Assembly: GCA_036381175.1 (NCBI GenBank)
Contig: DASVDI010000018.1
Coordinates: 67,921-131,920, forward strand
DNA: 64,000 nt
Origin: Gammaproteobacteria bacterium
GTDB lineage: Bacteria; Pseudomonadota; Gammaproteobacteria; Natronospirales; JAJUFS01
Direction of reading: 5' to 3'
Positions within the stretch are counted from its first letter, which is position 1. Each line of letters starts with the position of its first letter. Shown here piece by piece: positions 42,134-52,598 of the stretch. Both the position numbers and the translations under genes were made by a program. A model generated the notes under the pieces. The model was not told where the DNA came from. It saw only the letters and a list, made by a program, of their open reading frames with translations, and searched no databases.

Positions 42134-44974
42134 TCAGGCAAGCTGATCGAGCAGTTCGCGCGCTTCCCGCTGCTGGTCGTCGTCGCCGTCCGCGATGACT
42201 TCTTCGAGAATGCCGCGTGCGCCGTCCGGATCGCCCATGTCGATGTAAGCGCGGGCAAGGTCCAGCTTGGTGCCGGCCTCGCCGATGTCTTCTTCGTCGT
42301 CGCCCGTGCCTTCCGATTCCTCGGTGAGCGCGCTCGCGTCTTCGTCGAAGCTGTAATCGTCGAGATTCAGTTCGCTGTCGGCGTTGTTGCCGACGGCATC
42401 ACCGGCATCCTGCTCGGGAATGTTCGTATCGACGAAAGCGGACAATTCTTCAAGCGCCTTGTCGAACTCCGTCTGCGTCTGTTCGTCATCGCTACCCGAG
42501 ATATCCGGCTGTTTGTCGCCGTCGCCCGTCAACGCGTCTTCGGTTTCACTGGACGCCTCGTCCAGTTCGCCGAGGTCGAAATCGAAATCGCCGCTGGTGT
42601 CTTCGGTCGAGGCAGGAACGTCTTCTTTCGTTTCCGCCGGGGTTTCGTCCTCGTCCAGCCCGCCGATATCGAGATCGAAATCCAGGCCGTCGGAATCGTC
42701 GTCGGATGCGGGTTTTGCGGCAGGAGCTTTCGGCTCGTCTTCACCCGTGTCGAGCGCGATGTCGAAATCGAGGCTGTCATCCGTCGCCGCCGGCTCGGGC
42801 AACGCGTCGCCGTCCGTCGCAGCAACTTCGTCCGCGGCCGCGCCGAAATCGAGATCAACCGACGAGGTCGATCCAGCACCGGCGAACAGCGGATCGTTCG
42901 GTGCAATCTGGCGGCCCATGATGGCGACGTTGTCCCAGTCGGCATCGCCCGGTCCGGCCAGTTCCTTCAACTGTCGCGCGGCATCCAGGAAGCCATCGGT
43001 GTTGTTTCCGGCAAAATAGATTTCGGCGAGCTTGGCGTGGTACTCCTTGCGCGAAGGATCGCGCTCGATCGCCTTCTGCACGACTTCCGCGGCCTGGTCG
43101 TAGAGGCCATAAGCCATGTGGAAATCCGCTTCGGACAACGGGTCGTTGTCGTCAAGCGACACCGCGCGACCGCCGACCATGGTTTCCACGAAATCGTTGC
43201 CAGGCTCACCGCTGCCGGTGCTTTCATCGCTGGACAGCATCTGCGTCTCGTCGAGAAGCGAGGCGTCCTCTTCATCTTCGGAAAGTTTCGTCGTACCGGT
43301 GTCTTCCTGCTCCATATCCTGCCCGAACACCGTTGAGATATCGTCGTCCGCGCCGCGTCCGGTGACAACCGTCACGTCTTCCTCATCGCCGTCCATGGTG
43401 GTGACATCGTCATCCTGCTCATCGTCCCATGAGGCCATGGCAGCCGCGGCCTTGGCCTGGGTCGCTTCACGGCGTTTGCGGACCACGAGGAAACCGGCCA
43501 ACAGGAGCACCAGGATCACCGCTCCAATGCCCATGCCCAGCGGACTGAAAGCCAGCGCCTTGAGTTTTTCCACCAGCCCCGGCTCCGCCGGTTGCGGAAC
43601 GGGCACCCGCGCCTGTGCTTCCGTCTGTGTTTCTTCTGCCGCCGGAGTCTCTTCAGCCGGCAGCGTTTCAACGGTCGGATCCGTCGGGGCGAGTTCCGGC
43701 TCGACTACGACAACTTCGGCGTCCTCGCCGGGCAACGGCAGCGGCGGCGGTTCAACGCCCGTGGTTTCTTCCGGCAGGGTTTCTTCGGCGGGAAGCGGCG
43801 TTTCCTGCTCCTGCAGGGCCTGCATCGATTCGTCTTCGAGATCCAGCAGACGATCCTGGGTGTCGTCTTCCACGCCGAGATCGATGGCGTTTTCTTCGGT
43901 GTCTTCCACGGCGGGATCGACGGATTCCTCGGCACCCATGCCAAGATCGTCAGCTTCGCCACCCGCACCGACGCCGGTTCCAATTTCAGGCGCGAGATCT
44001 TCCTCCGGGGCGACCAGTGTCAGTTCCGGTTCGCTTTCGACTTCCGGTTCCGGTATGTCGACCGCTTCCGTTGGCGCGGCGCTGCTCGAGCCCCTGCGCC
44101 AATCGTCGTTCTGGCGCTTCACTTCATTGAATGCGTCGCGACGGGCCATCGATGTGATGTCGTTGTATTCGGGAATGCGCAGGATGTAGCCGGCCTTGAG
44201 GCGATTGATATTGCCCTGGAAGGCTTCGGGGTTCGCGCGGTAGAGCGCGAGCATCATCTGGTTGATGGTGACGGAATCGTCCGGGCGCAGGCGGCGCGCG
44301 ATGCCCCACAACGTTTCGTTCCGCTGGATCGGACCGTAAGTACCGCCGAGGTCGGACTCGGCCGGCTCCGGTTCGACAAAGGCTGGAGCATCGGCTTCGA
44401 GCGGCGGAATGCTGATGACGTCGCCCGAAACTTCTTCGGTTTCCCGGGGTGCTGCAGGCTCGATCACGGGTTCGGCAGCCGGCCGCTGTTCGGCAAAGGG
44501 CTCCGGTTCGCGCTCGGCGGGAGCGGGCTCAACGGCTGGTGCCTGGGGTTGCGGTGCGGGTTCCGCCTCCTGGCGAGCGAAGGCCGGCGGATCGATGAGC
44601 AGCGTGTATTCGCGCATCAGCCGGCCGCGCGACCAGTCGGCCACGACGAACAGCGTCAGGAACGGTTCACGGATGGGTTCTGTCGAGGTGACCTTGATGT
44701 AGGCCGTGCCGTTCGGCCGGCGCACGACGTCAAAGCGCACGGAATTGAGCAGCGGTGTACGGTCCAGGCCGTAGCGTTCATATATCGCGTCGTCCGCGAG
44801 CGTGATTTCCAGGGATTCGATTTCGTCTGCGGCGGCGGAGACCAGCTCGATCTCGGCGTCGAGAGGCTGGTTGAGCCAGGAATTCAGGCGAATTTCGCCC
44901 AACCCCATGGCCAACGCACTGAAAGATATTGCTGCCAGCACGCAGGCCAGCGCCAGGCCCAAATAACGTCGCAT
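42134..44974 (-). CDS. fimV: FimV-like peptidoglycan-binding protein involved in type IV pilus assembly and polar organisation
   Basis: Signal peptide, FimV N-terminal domain (LGEIRLNSWLNQPLDAEIEL), LysM (YGPIQRNETLWGIARRL...INQMMLALYRANPEAF), one transmembrane segment, a very acidic low-complexity cytoplasmic part, and the C-terminal motif TKLDLARAYIDMGDPDGARGILEEV. It is syntenic with asd and truA. Confidence 0.87.
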   Translation of the reverse strand: MRRYLGLALACVLAAISFSALAMGLGEIRLNSWLNQPLDAEIELVSAAADEIESLEITLADDAIYERYGLDRTPLLNSVRFDVVRRPNGTAYIKVTSTEPIREPFLTLFVVADWSRGRLMREYTLLIDPPAFARQEAEPAPQPQAPAVEPAPAEREPEPFAEQRPAAEPVIEPAAPRETEEVSGDVISIPPLEADAPAFVEPEPAESDLGGTYGPIQRNETLWGIARRLRPDDSVTINQMMLALYRANPEAFQGNINRLKAGYILRIPEYNDITSMARRDAFNEVKRQNDDWRRGSSSAAPTEAVDIPEPEVESEPELTLVAPEEDLAPEIGTGVGAGGEADDLGMGAEESVDPAVEDTEENAIDLGVEDDTQDRLLDLEDESMQALQEQETPLPAEETLPEETTGVEPPPLPLPGEDAEVVVVEPELAPTDPTVETLPAEETPAAEETQTEAQARVPVPQPAEPGLVEKLKALAFSPLGMGIGAVILVLLLAGFLVVRKRREATQAKAAAAMASWDDEQDDDVTTMDGDEEDVTVVTGRGADDDISTVFGQDMEQEDTGTTKLSEDEEDASLLDETQMLSSDESTGSGEPGNDFVETMVGGRAVSLDDNDPLSEADFHMAYGLYDQAAEVVQKAIERDPSRKEYHAKLAEIYFAGNNTDGFLDAARQLKELAGPGDADWDNVAIMGRQIAPNDPLFAGAGSTSSVDLDFGAAADEVAATDGDALPEPAATDDSLDFDIALDTGEDEPKAPAAKPASDDDSDGLDFDLDIGGLDEDETPAETKEDVPASTEDTSGDFDFDLGELDEASSETEDALTGDGDKQPDISGSDDEQTQTEFDKALEELSAFVDTNIPEQDAGDAVGNNADSELNLDDYSFDEDASALTEESEGTGDDEEDIGEAGTKLDLARAYIDMGDPDGARGILEEVIADGDDDQQREARELLDQLA

Positions 44975-45001
44975 TTCGTATTCCCTCGGCTCTCGGTTAT
45001 A

Positions 45002-45023
45002 GCTATTGCTTGGCTATTGCTTG
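45002..45023. repeat. 11-bp tandem direct repeat (GCTATTGCTTG x2) in the fimV upstream region
   Basis: Read directly: agCTATTGCTTGGCTATTGCTTGgg, about 30-50 nt upstream of the fimV ATG. Confidence 0.8.
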
Positions 45024-45101
45024 GGCTTCGGGAGTCCCGTCCCCCCGCGAACTGCGGCCAATTGTTGAGATTTGGCTTTATAAGAATGGGCTAACTATAG
45101 C

Positions 45102-46118
45102 TTATATATACTCTTTGACCAATATTTCCGCAATCTGGACCGAATTCAGGGCCGCCCCCTTTCGGACGTTGTCCGCCACCACCCAGAGGTCGAGTCCGCG
45201 CTCATGGGAGATGTCTTCGCGAATGCGCCCGACCCAGACCGGGTCCTTGTCGGCCGCCTCCGTGACGGCTGTCGGATACCCGCCATCCTTGCGCTCATCC
45301 ATGAGTTTCACGCCCGGCGCCTTCTTCAGGAGCTTGCGTGCGTCTTCCGCCGAGAGCTTGTCTCGCGTCTCGATGTGGATGGCTTCGGAATGTCCGTAGA
45401 AAACGGGGACGCGCACGGCGGTCGGGTTCACCTTGATCGACGGGTCCATGATCTTGTGCGTCTCCCACACCATCTTCATTTCTTCGCGCGTGTAGCCGTT
45501 GTCCTGGAAGGTGTCGATGTGCGGAATGGCGTTGAACGCGATCTGCTTCGTCATCACCGCGGACTTGATCGGCTTGCCATTCAGCAGACTTGCCGTCTGT
45601 CCCGCCAGCTCCTCGACGGCCGACTTGCCCGCGCCCGAAACGGCCTGGTAGGTCGCAACGTTGATGCGCTCGATATGCGCGGCGTCATGCAAGGGTTTCA
45701 GCGCCACCAGCATCTGGATGGTCGAACAGTTCGGGTTGGCGATGATATTGCGCTTCCTGTAATCCGCGACCGCCTGCGGGTTCACTTCGGGAACCACCAA
45801 CGGGATGTCGTCCTCGCGGCGAAACTGCGAAGTGTTGTCGATCACCACGCAACCGGCCGCCGCGGCCTTCGGCGCGAACTCTTCCGAGACGCTGCCACCG
45901 GCGGAGAACAAGGCGATCTGCGCTTTCGAGAAATCGAACTCGGCCAGATCGCGCACGACAACCTGCTTGCCCTTGAAAAGGATTTTGCTGCCGGCGGAAC
46001 GTGAACTCGCCAGCGGAAAGATTTCCGCCACCGGGAAGTTGCGCTCGGCAAGAATGTTCAACATCGTTTCACCGACGGCGCCCGTCGCGCCGACGACGGC
46101 TACGTTGTACTGCTTCAT
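45102..46118 (-). CDS. asd: Aspartate-semialdehyde dehydrogenase, short (about 338 aa) form
   Basis: VAVVGATGAVG, active-site NPNCSTIQ, and QAVSGAGK. A USG-1-like paralogue cannot be excluded without phylogeny. Confidence 0.82.
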   Translation of the reverse strand: MKQYNVAVVGATGAVGETMLNILAERNFPVAEIFPLASSRSAGSKILFKGKQVVVRDLAEFDFSKAQIALFSAGGSVSEEFAPKAAAAGCVVIDNTSQFRREDDIPLVVPEVNPQAVADYRKRNIIANPNCSTIQMLVALKPLHDAAHIERINVATYQAVSGAGKSAVEELAGQTASLLNGKPIKSAVMTKQIAFNAIPHIDTFQDNGYTREEMKMVWETHKIMDPSIKVNPTAVRVPVFYGHSEAIHIETRDKLSAEDARKLLKKAPGVKLMDERKDGGYPTAVTEAADKDPVWVGRIREDISHERGLDLWVVADNVRKGAALNSVQIAEILVKEYI

Positions 46119-46182
46119 TGAAAACTCTCTGAATCGGGGAAGTGGAATCCGCGCTTGCGGAAGCGAACAAGTCTAACAAGAA

Positions 46183-46207
46183 ATGAAAACGGCATCAGCC
46201 GATGCCG
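46183..46207 (-). terminator. Rho-independent terminator after aroC
   Basis: Minus strand reads CGGCATC-ggct-GATGCCG followed by TTTTCATTT, 11 nt after the aroC stop. Confidence 0.7.
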
Positions 46208-46218
46208 CAGCGCGAGAA

Positions 46219-47280
46219 TCAGCGGCTGTTCTGCGCGCGCTGCCGCAAATAATGATCCATCAACACCAGCGCGAGCATGGCTTCACAGACAGGCACGCCA
46301 CGAATGCCGACGCAGGGATCGTGCCGGCCGGTTGTGACCACTTCGACGGTATTGCCGTGAATATCAATGCTGCGTCCCGGAATGCGAATGCTTGATGTCG
46401 GCTTGAAGGCAACCTCGACGCGAATGTCCTGGCCGCTGCTGATGCCGCCGAGCGTGCCGCCGGAATGATTGCTCAGGAATCCTTCGGGTGTAATTTCGTC
46501 ACGGTGCTCCGAACCTTTCTGACGCACAACGTCAAATCCGTCGCCGATGCCGACGGCTTTCACGGCGTTGATGTTCATCATCGCTTTCGCAATGTCCGCA
46601 TCGAGGCGGTCGAACACCGGCTCACCGAGCCCCACGGGAACATTGCGCGCCTCGACGTACACCCGCGCGCCGCAGGAATCGCCTTCGCGAAGCAGCTTTT
46701 CAATGCGTGCTTCAAGTTCGGAAACTTTTCCAGGCGCCGGGCAGAAAAAAGGATTGCCGTTGACGGCGTTCCAGTCTTCGATGGGCAATTCGATGTCGTG
46801 CATGGCGACGAGGCAGCCGCGGATTTCGAGTTGCAGTTTTTCGTTGAGGTATTTTCGTGCGATGGCGCCGGCTGCAACGCGCATCGCCGTTTCACGCGCG
46901 GACGAACGCCCGCCGCCGCGATAATCGCGAATGCCGTATTTCTTCTGCCAAGTGTAATCGGCGTGACCAGGACGGAATTTTTCCGCGATGCCGGAATAAT
47001 CGCGCGAACGCGCGTCCGTGTTTTCAATCAATAACGCAATCGGCGCGCCCGTCGTCATTCCCTCGAACACGCCGGAAAGGATTTTCACGCGATCTTCTTC
47101 CCGTCGTTGTGACGTGAAACGCGACGTGCCGGCGCGGCGGCGTTCGAGATCGCGCTGGATATCCTGCTCGGACAATTCCATTCCCGGCGGACAGCCATCA
47201 ACGATGCCAACGAGTGCGGGACCATGACTTTCGCCTGCGGTGGTGGCGCGAAAAATTTCGCCGAAGGAATTGCCCGGCAT
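46219..47280 (-). CDS. aroC: Chorismate synthase
   Basis: [40 protein letters not shown]. The ATG shares one base with the prmB stop (TGATG). Confidence 0.95.
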   Translation of the reverse strand: MPGNSFGEIFRATTAGESHGPALVGIVDGCPPGMELSEQDIQRDLERRRAGTSRFTSQRREEDRVKILSGVFEGMTTGAPIALLIENTDARSRDYSGIAEKFRPGHADYTWQKKYGIRDYRGGGRSSARETAMRVAAGAIARKYLNEKLQLEIRGCLVAMHDIELPIEDWNAVNGNPFFCPAPGKVSELEARIEKLLREGDSCGARVYVEARNVPVGLGEPVFDRLDADIAKAMMNINAVKAVGIGDGFDVVRQKGSEHRDEITPEGFLSNHSGGTLGGISSGQDIRVEVAFKPTSSIRIPGRSIDIHGNTVEVVTTGRHDPCVGIRGVPVCEAMLALVLMDHYLRQRAQNSR

Positions 47281-48230
47281 CAAGCCGCTCCCCGGAATGC
47301 CGCAGCATGCGTTTCCAGTTCCGCACGGCTCAGCAGGAACACGCCTTCACCGCCGCGCTCGAAATCCAGCCACGTGAATTCGACATCGGGAAACATGGCT
47401 GCCAGCGCGACCGCGCTGTTACCGACTTCGACGACAAGAATGCCGTTTTCGGTCAGCCACCCTGCAGCTTCTGCAAGAATGCGTCGCGCGATATCAAGCC
47501 CATCCGCGCCTGCGGCAAGGCCGAGTTCCGGTTCGTGGCGAAACTCATTTGGCAGCGCTGCCATGTCGTCGGCATCAACGTAAGGCGGATTGCTGACGAT
47601 GATGTCGTAACGTCGTTCCGGCAGCGGTGCGAACAGATCGCCTTCGTGCAATTCAAGCTGGTTTTCCACGCCGTGCAGCTCGATGTTCTCGCGCGCGAGC
47701 GCGAGCGCGTCCGCAGACAGATCGACGGCATCGATGTGCGCTTCCCCAAATGCATGCGCGCAGGCAATCGCGATGCAGCCGCCGCCAGTGCAAAGATCGA
47801 GAACTGCTGAAACATCGTCCGCTGTCACCCAGGGTTCGAAGCGCGCCTCGATCAACTCCGCAATGGGCGAACGCGGCACCAGGGCACGTTCGTCGGTCTT
47901 GAATTTCAGACCCGCGAACCACGCCTCGCCGGTGAGGTAGGCAGCAGGCACGCGTTCGTCAACGCGCCGCGCGAGAAGGCGATAGATGTCGGCTTTCTCG
48001 GGGGAAGTCAGGCGGGCATCCAGCAACCGGTCAGGACAGCCGTGCGGCAGATGCAATGCGTGCAACACCAGCGCGACGGCTTCGTCCAACGGATTATCCG
48101 TGCCATGACCGTAATGCAGGTCCGCTTCCGCGAACCGGCTTGCACCCCAGCGAATGAAATCCGTGGCGCTGTGCAAATACTCCGCGATGTCTTCAAACCG
48201 CTGTTCCACGGAAACTCCGTCTTTCCTCAA
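47280..48230 (-). CDS. prmB: Ribosomal protein L3 N5-glutamine methyltransferase PrmB
   Basis: [24 protein letters not shown], and the NPPY motif (SNPPYV). The prmB-aroC adjacency matches enterobacteria. Confidence 0.88.
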   Translation of the reverse strand: MRKDGVSVEQRFEDIAEYLHSATDFIRWGASRFAEADLHYGHGTDNPLDEAVALVLHALHLPHGCPDRLLDARLTSPEKADIYRLLARRVDERVPAAYLTGEAWFAGLKFKTDERALVPRSPIAELIEARFEPWVTADDVSAVLDLCTGGGCIAIACAHAFGEAHIDAVDLSADALALARENIELHGVENQLELHEGDLFAPLPERRYDIIVSNPPYVDADDMAALPNEFRHEPELGLAAGADGLDIARRILAEAAGWLTENGILVVEVGNSAVALAAMFPDVEFTWLDFERGGEGVFLLSRAELETHAAAFRGAA

Positions 48231-48268
48231 GGGGGAAGCGATGATAACCGAACACTGACTGTGGGATA

Positions 48269-48901
48269 ATGCGCATCATGAATCGCAATACTCTACTCAT
48301 TATTATTACTGCCGGTTTGGCGGCGCTGGCGGGCGGAGTCATCGGCGCCCGGCTGCTCGCACCGGACGCACCGCCTGAACTCACCGTGGGTACGCTGTTG
48401 AGCGAGCCGCGTCCGCTGCCTGAATTCCGAATGACCCGCCACGACAACGCCCCGTTCACACGCGAGGATTTCCGCGGCGACTGGAGCCTGGTGTTTTTCG
48501 GCTTCACGCACTGCCCGGATGTCTGCCCGAACACGCTGTTCCTGCTCGACCGCGTCGTGAAGCAGATTGAAGAAAGCGGCACGCCGCCACCGGAGGTCGT
48601 TTTCGTGTCCGTCGATACCGTGCGCGACACACCCGAGCAGATGGCGAAGTACGTCGAGTACTTTAATCCCGCATTCATCGGCCTGACCGGCGATGCCACG
48701 AACGTGCAGAAACTCACGCAGGCGATGAGCGTCGCGTACGAGTTTCGTCCCGTAGATGACAACAGCGGTGAGGAATACACCGTGATTCACAGTTCCGCCG
48801 TGCTGCTGGTCGATCCCGAGGCGCGGTTGCGCGCCATCTTCACACCGCCATTGAAAGCGGACGCGATCGCGAACGATCTCGCCAAGCTGATTGCTGATTG
48901 A
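48269..48901 (+). CDS. SCO1/SenC-family copper chaperone / thiol-disulfide oxidoreductase
   Basis: Transmembrane anchor, then FFGFTHCPDVCP (CxxxC) and HSSAVLLVDP. An alternative ATG exists at 48278. Confidence 0.85.
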   Translation: MRIMNRNTLLIIITAGLAALAGGVIGARLLAPDAPPELTVGTLLSEPRPLPEFRMTRHDNAPFTREDFRGDWSLVFFGFTHCPDVCPNTLFLLDRVVKQIEESGTPPPEVVFVSVDTVRDTPEQMAKYVEYFNPAFIGLTGDATNVQKLTQAMSVAYEFRPVDDNSGEEYTVIHSSAVLLVDPEARLRAIFTPPLKADAIANDLAKLIAD

Positions 48902-48910
48902 GGATTACGG

Positions 48911-49372
48911 ATGCCATTCTTCAACCTCATTGCGTTGACCCTGCTGTTTCAAGCCGCACCCACCGTCGAAACCGAACCGCCGCTGCGCGTCGAGAACGCC
49001 TGGGTGCGTGAAGCGCCGCCAGGCGTTGACGTGCTCGCCGCCTACGCGGTGTTCTGCAATGACGCCGATGCGGCTGTCACCTTGACGAATGTCATCAGCG
49101 AGAATTTCGACGCCGTGCAGATGCACGCAACGGTGGAAGCTGACGGCGGCGTGACGATGAAGCATCTGAACAGCGTCGTCGTCGAGCCAACCGAGTGCAT
49201 CGCTTTCGAGCCCGGCGGCCGGCATTTCATGCTGATGGATCCGGTGCGCAACTTTCGTGCGGGCGATGAAATCGCGTTCACTCTCTTCCTCGCGAACGGC
49301 AAGGAAATGGAAATCGTCATGCCAGTGCGCCGCGCCGATGAAATGATCGAACACCACCACGAACATCATTGA
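48911..49372 (+). CDS. Copper chaperone PCu(A)C (DUF461 family) with a His-rich tail
   Basis: Signal-like N-terminus, AVQMHATVEADGGVTMKHL...GGRHFMLM (His/Met copper motif), and a C-terminal EHHHEHH. Confidence 0.8.
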   Translation: MPFFNLIALTLLFQAAPTVETEPPLRVENAWVREAPPGVDVLAAYAVFCNDADAAVTLTNVISENFDAVQMHATVEADGGVTMKHLNSVVVEPTECIAFEPGGRHFMLMDPVRNFRAGDEIAFTLFLANGKEMEIVMPVRRADEMIEHHHEHH

Positions 49373-49389
49373 ACGGGACATCTGAAGAA

Positions 49390-50259
49390 ATGGAAATCGA
49401 AAAAGCGGTCAAGATCTGGCCGCAGTACATCCTGCCGCATCACCTGCTGTCACGCTGCATGCACGCTCTGACCCGCATCAACGGAGGCGCGCTTAGTCAC
49501 GCGGCCATGCGCGCGTTCGTTCGCGGCTTCAATGTGAACATGCAGGAAGCCGTGCAGGAAGACGTGAAACAGTATCCAAACTTCAACGCCTTTTTTACGC
49601 GCGCACTGAAGCCGCAAGCCCGGCCGGTGGATTTTTCGGACGACGCAATCGTCTCGCCGGTCGACGGTACCGTGAACCAGGCCGGCGAAATTCGTGATGG
49701 AAGAATTTTCCAGGCAAAAGGCCACGATTACTCCGCAGAAGAACTGCTCGGCGATGCCGCGCTCGCCGAGCCATTCATGAACGGCGAATTCGCAACGCTG
49801 TATCTCTCGCCGCGCGATTACCACCGCTTTCACATGCCTTGCGACGGAACGTTAACGGAAATGCTGCATGTTCCTGGTCGTCTCTTCAGCGTGAACGGAC
49901 TCACAGCGCGCAACATTCCGCGACTGTTCGCGCGTAATGAAAGAGTGATTTGCCTGTTCGACACGCCGCTTGGAAAAATGGCGCTCGTCGCCGTCGGCGC
50001 GATTTTTGTCGGCAGCATCGAAACGATCTGGGCGGGCGAGATCACGCCACCGGCAGGCAAGCGCGTTCGTCGCTGGCGTTATGGACGCGGTGAATCCGCC
50101 GGTGAAATCACATTGAAGAAAGGCGAAGAGTTCGGGCGTTTCAACATGGGCTCGACGATTGTCATGCTCACCGAACCCAATGCGGTGGACTGGGGCGATT
50201 ACCTGTTGCCGGAAAGGGAAATGCGCATGGGCGCGCGTATCGGGACAAGGAAAAGATAG
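49390..50259 (+). CDS. psd: Phosphatidylserine decarboxylase proenzyme
   Basis: KIWPQYILPHHLLSR, FNAFFTRALK, SPVDGTV, and the self-cleavage site FNMGSTIV. The ATG at 49390 is preferred over the TTG at 49369. Confidence 0.92.
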   Translation: MEIEKAVKIWPQYILPHHLLSRCMHALTRINGGALSHAAMRAFVRGFNVNMQEAVQEDVKQYPNFNAFFTRALKPQARPVDFSDDAIVSPVDGTVNQAGEIRDGRIFQAKGHDYSAEELLGDAALAEPFMNGEFATLYLSPRDYHRFHMPCDGTLTEMLHVPGRLFSVNGLTARNIPRLFARNERVICLFDTPLGKMALVAVGAIFVGSIETIWAGEITPPAGKRVRRWRYGRGESAGEITLKKGEEFGRFNMGSTIVMLTEPNAVDWGDYLLPEREMRMGARIGTRKR

Positions 50260-50274
50260 CGAAGAATTTCGCCT

Positions 50275-50775
50275 TTAATCCTGTCCATCGCTCTTGAAGC
50301 TTTCCACGAAAATCCCGGCGAGCTTCTCGATCCCAACCTGATCCTCTGCATCGAAACGCGCCTTGATGGGCGCATCGATGTCGAGCACGCCAATGATTTC
50401 ACCGTTCACTTCCAGCGGCACGACGATTTCGGAACGCGAGTCGCCGTCACAGGGAATGTGTCCCGCAAAGGCATCGACATCTTCAACGCGCTGCGTCTTT
50501 CGTTCGGCGAACGCGGTTCCGCAAACACCCTTGCCGATCGCGATGCGCACGCAGGCAGGCTTGCCCTGGAAAGGCCCGACGACAAGTTCGTCGCCGTCGA
50601 GAAAATAGAATCCGACCCAGTTCACGTCCGCCAAGCTGTGATACAGCAGCGCGGAAAAATTCGCAGCATTCGCGATGAGATTGCGCTCACCGTGCAGCAA
50701 GCCGCGAGCCTGCATCGCCAGTTCGTCAAAGAACAACGCCTTGTCAGTCGCATCCAGAGTCTTCATTTCAAACAT
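50275..50775 (-). CDS. msrC: GAF-domain free methionine-(R)-sulfoxide reductase (MsrC/YebR-like)
   Basis: ORF trimmed to MFEMKTLDATDK. Seen: NWVGFYFLDGDELVVGPFQGKPACVRIAIGKGVCGTA...GHIPCDGDSRSEIVVPL. Confidence 0.85.
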   Translation of the reverse strand: MFEMKTLDATDKALFFDELAMQARGLLHGERNLIANAANFSALLYHSLADVNWVGFYFLDGDELVVGPFQGKPACVRIAIGKGVCGTAFAERKTQRVEDVDAFAGHIPCDGDSRSEIVVPLEVNGEIIGVLDIDAPIKARFDAEDQVGIEKLAGIFVESFKSDGQD

Positions 50776-50785
50776 CGCGAATTCC

Positions 50786-51760
50786 TCACACCCTGTCGAA
50801 ACCGAAACCGAGCACCTCGGCAATATCATCGCGCCCTGCCGCGAGCATGACAACGCGATCGAAACCGAGTGCTACGCCCGCGCAATCGGGCAGCCCATGT
50901 TCGAGCGCTGCCAGCAGGTTTTCATCCAGCGGCATTTGCGGCAAGCCCATCGCGAGCCGCCGCACGTTCTCATGTTCGAAGCGCCGCCGCTGCTCGTTCG
51001 CATCGCTCAACTCGTGGAACCCGTTCGCGAGCTCCACGCCGTTCACGAACGCCTCGAAGCGCCGCGCGCAACGCGGATCGTTCTCGTCCAGTTTCGCGAG
51101 CGCGGCCTGTGATGCGGGAAATGCATGCACGAAACTGACGCGACCCCGCCCGAGTTGCGGATACACGATGTGGCTTGCGATGGCATCCAGCAGCGCATCC
51201 CGCTCCAGGGTCGCGTCGTTCAATCCGAAATCATCAGCGATATCGCGAAGTACCGCATCGCTTGCCTCGAATGGATCGATGCCGGCGTGTTTCCTGAACG
51301 CTTCCGCGTAGCTGATGCTCTCGTGATCGTCCGCGAGACCCGGAATCAGCAAGCGCAACAACGCGCCGACTTCATCCATCAACGCGTGATGATCGAAGCC
51401 GAGCCGGTACCACTCGATCATCGTGAACTCGGGATTGTGCTGGCGCCCGCGTTCGGCGCCGCGAAACACTTTGCACGCCTGCCAGATGTCGCCGCTGCCC
51501 GCCGCGAGCAGGCGCTTCATGAAGAATTCCGGCGAGGTGTGCAGATAAAAAGTGTCGCGAAGTCCCGGCAAGCGAACTTCGCCGCTGGCGAGGTTCGGCT
51601 CGGTGATCGCCGCGCGGCTCAACAGCGGCGTTTCCACTTCCAGCACGCCGCGCTCGGCAAAGAAGTTCCGTACGCGCTGCATCAACGCCGCGCGCAGGCG
51701 CAACATTTCAATCGAAGCGGAAGGTTGCCAGCTGGAATCAGGCACGAGCACAAACTCCAA
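50786..51760 (-). CDS. epmA: EF-P lysine-lysyltransferase EpmA (PoxA/GenX)
   Basis: SWQPSASIEMLRLRAALMQRVRNFFAERGVLEVETP, HNPEFTMIEWY, and a class II aaRS-like core. Confidence 0.9.
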   Translation of the reverse strand: MEFVLVPDSSWQPSASIEMLRLRAALMQRVRNFFAERGVLEVETPLLSRAAITEPNLASGEVRLPGLRDTFYLHTSPEFFMKRLLAAGSGDIWQACKVFRGAERGRQHNPEFTMIEWYRLGFDHHALMDEVGALLRLLIPGLADDHESISYAEAFRKHAGIDPFEASDAVLRDIADDFGLNDATLERDALLDAIASHIVYPQLGRGRVSFVHAFPASQAALAKLDENDPRCARRFEAFVNGVELANGFHELSDANEQRRRFEHENVRRLAMGLPQMPLDENLLAALEHGLPDCAGVALGFDRVVMLAAGRDDIAEVLGFGFDRV

Positions 51761-51891
51761 GCGATCAGGAGCGAGAGATTTTTTCGCAAGACAAGGCGCA
51801 AGGTGCGGCGAGCAGCGGAGTTACCGCTTGTGTAATGAGCAGCGAGCCGCGACTTGCAACGATGTATTGCGGAAAAAGATCCGCTCCCCCG

Positions 51892-52461
51892 CTACTCTTT
51901 TACGCGGGAAACATATTCACCATTGCGCGTATCCACGCGGAGAATCTCGCCTTCATTCACGAACAACGGCACTTTCACCACCGCGCCGGTTTCGAGCTTC
52001 GCCGGCTTCGTGCCGCCGCCCGAGGTATCGCCACGCAGGCCGGGATCAGTCTCGATGACCTTGAGGTTCACGTGGTTCGGCGGGGTGACGTCGAGCGGCA
52101 CGCCATTCCACAGCGTGATGACGCACATGTCCTGCTCTTTCAGCCACTTGGCGTTTTCGCCGACGGCATTGGCATCGGCGGCATGCTGTTCGAAGGTATC
52201 CGGCACCATGAAATGCCACATTTCGCCGTCGTTGTAGAGGTACTGCATGTCCGTGTCGACGACATCCGCAGCTTCGAAGTTCTCGCCGGACTTGAACGTC
52301 TTCTCCAGCACGCGGCCGGTCTTGAGATTGCGCACGCGGGTGCGGTTGAACGCCTGGCCCTTGCCCGGCTTCACAAATTCGTTTTCCACGATGGTGTAGG
52401 GATCGTTGTCGATCATGATCTTCAGACCGGCGCGGAATTCACTGGTGTTGTAGCTCGCCAT
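51892..52461 (-). CDS. efp: Elongation factor P
   Basis: [46 protein letters not shown]. The modifiable Lys lies in the KPGKGQAF loop. Confidence 0.95.
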   Translation of the reverse strand: MASYNTSEFRAGLKIMIDNDPYTIVENEFVKPGKGQAFNRTRVRNLKTGRVLEKTFKSGENFEAADVVDTDMQYLYNDGEMWHFMVPDTFEQHAADANAVGENAKWLKEQDMCVITLWNGVPLDVTPPNHVNLKVIETDPGLRGDTSGGGTKPAKLETGAVVKVPLFVNEGEILRVDTRNGEYVSRVKE

Positions 52462-52598
52462 TGGATTGACTCTCGATTACGGGCAGAATACTGGCCGCGC
52501 TGTTGTCCTGCAGCCTGTCTGGCAGCGGCGCGGCGAAAGGCGCGTATGATACCTGCAAATCCCGCCCGAAATCAGCAGACCAGCTTGCCGAGTGCCCC

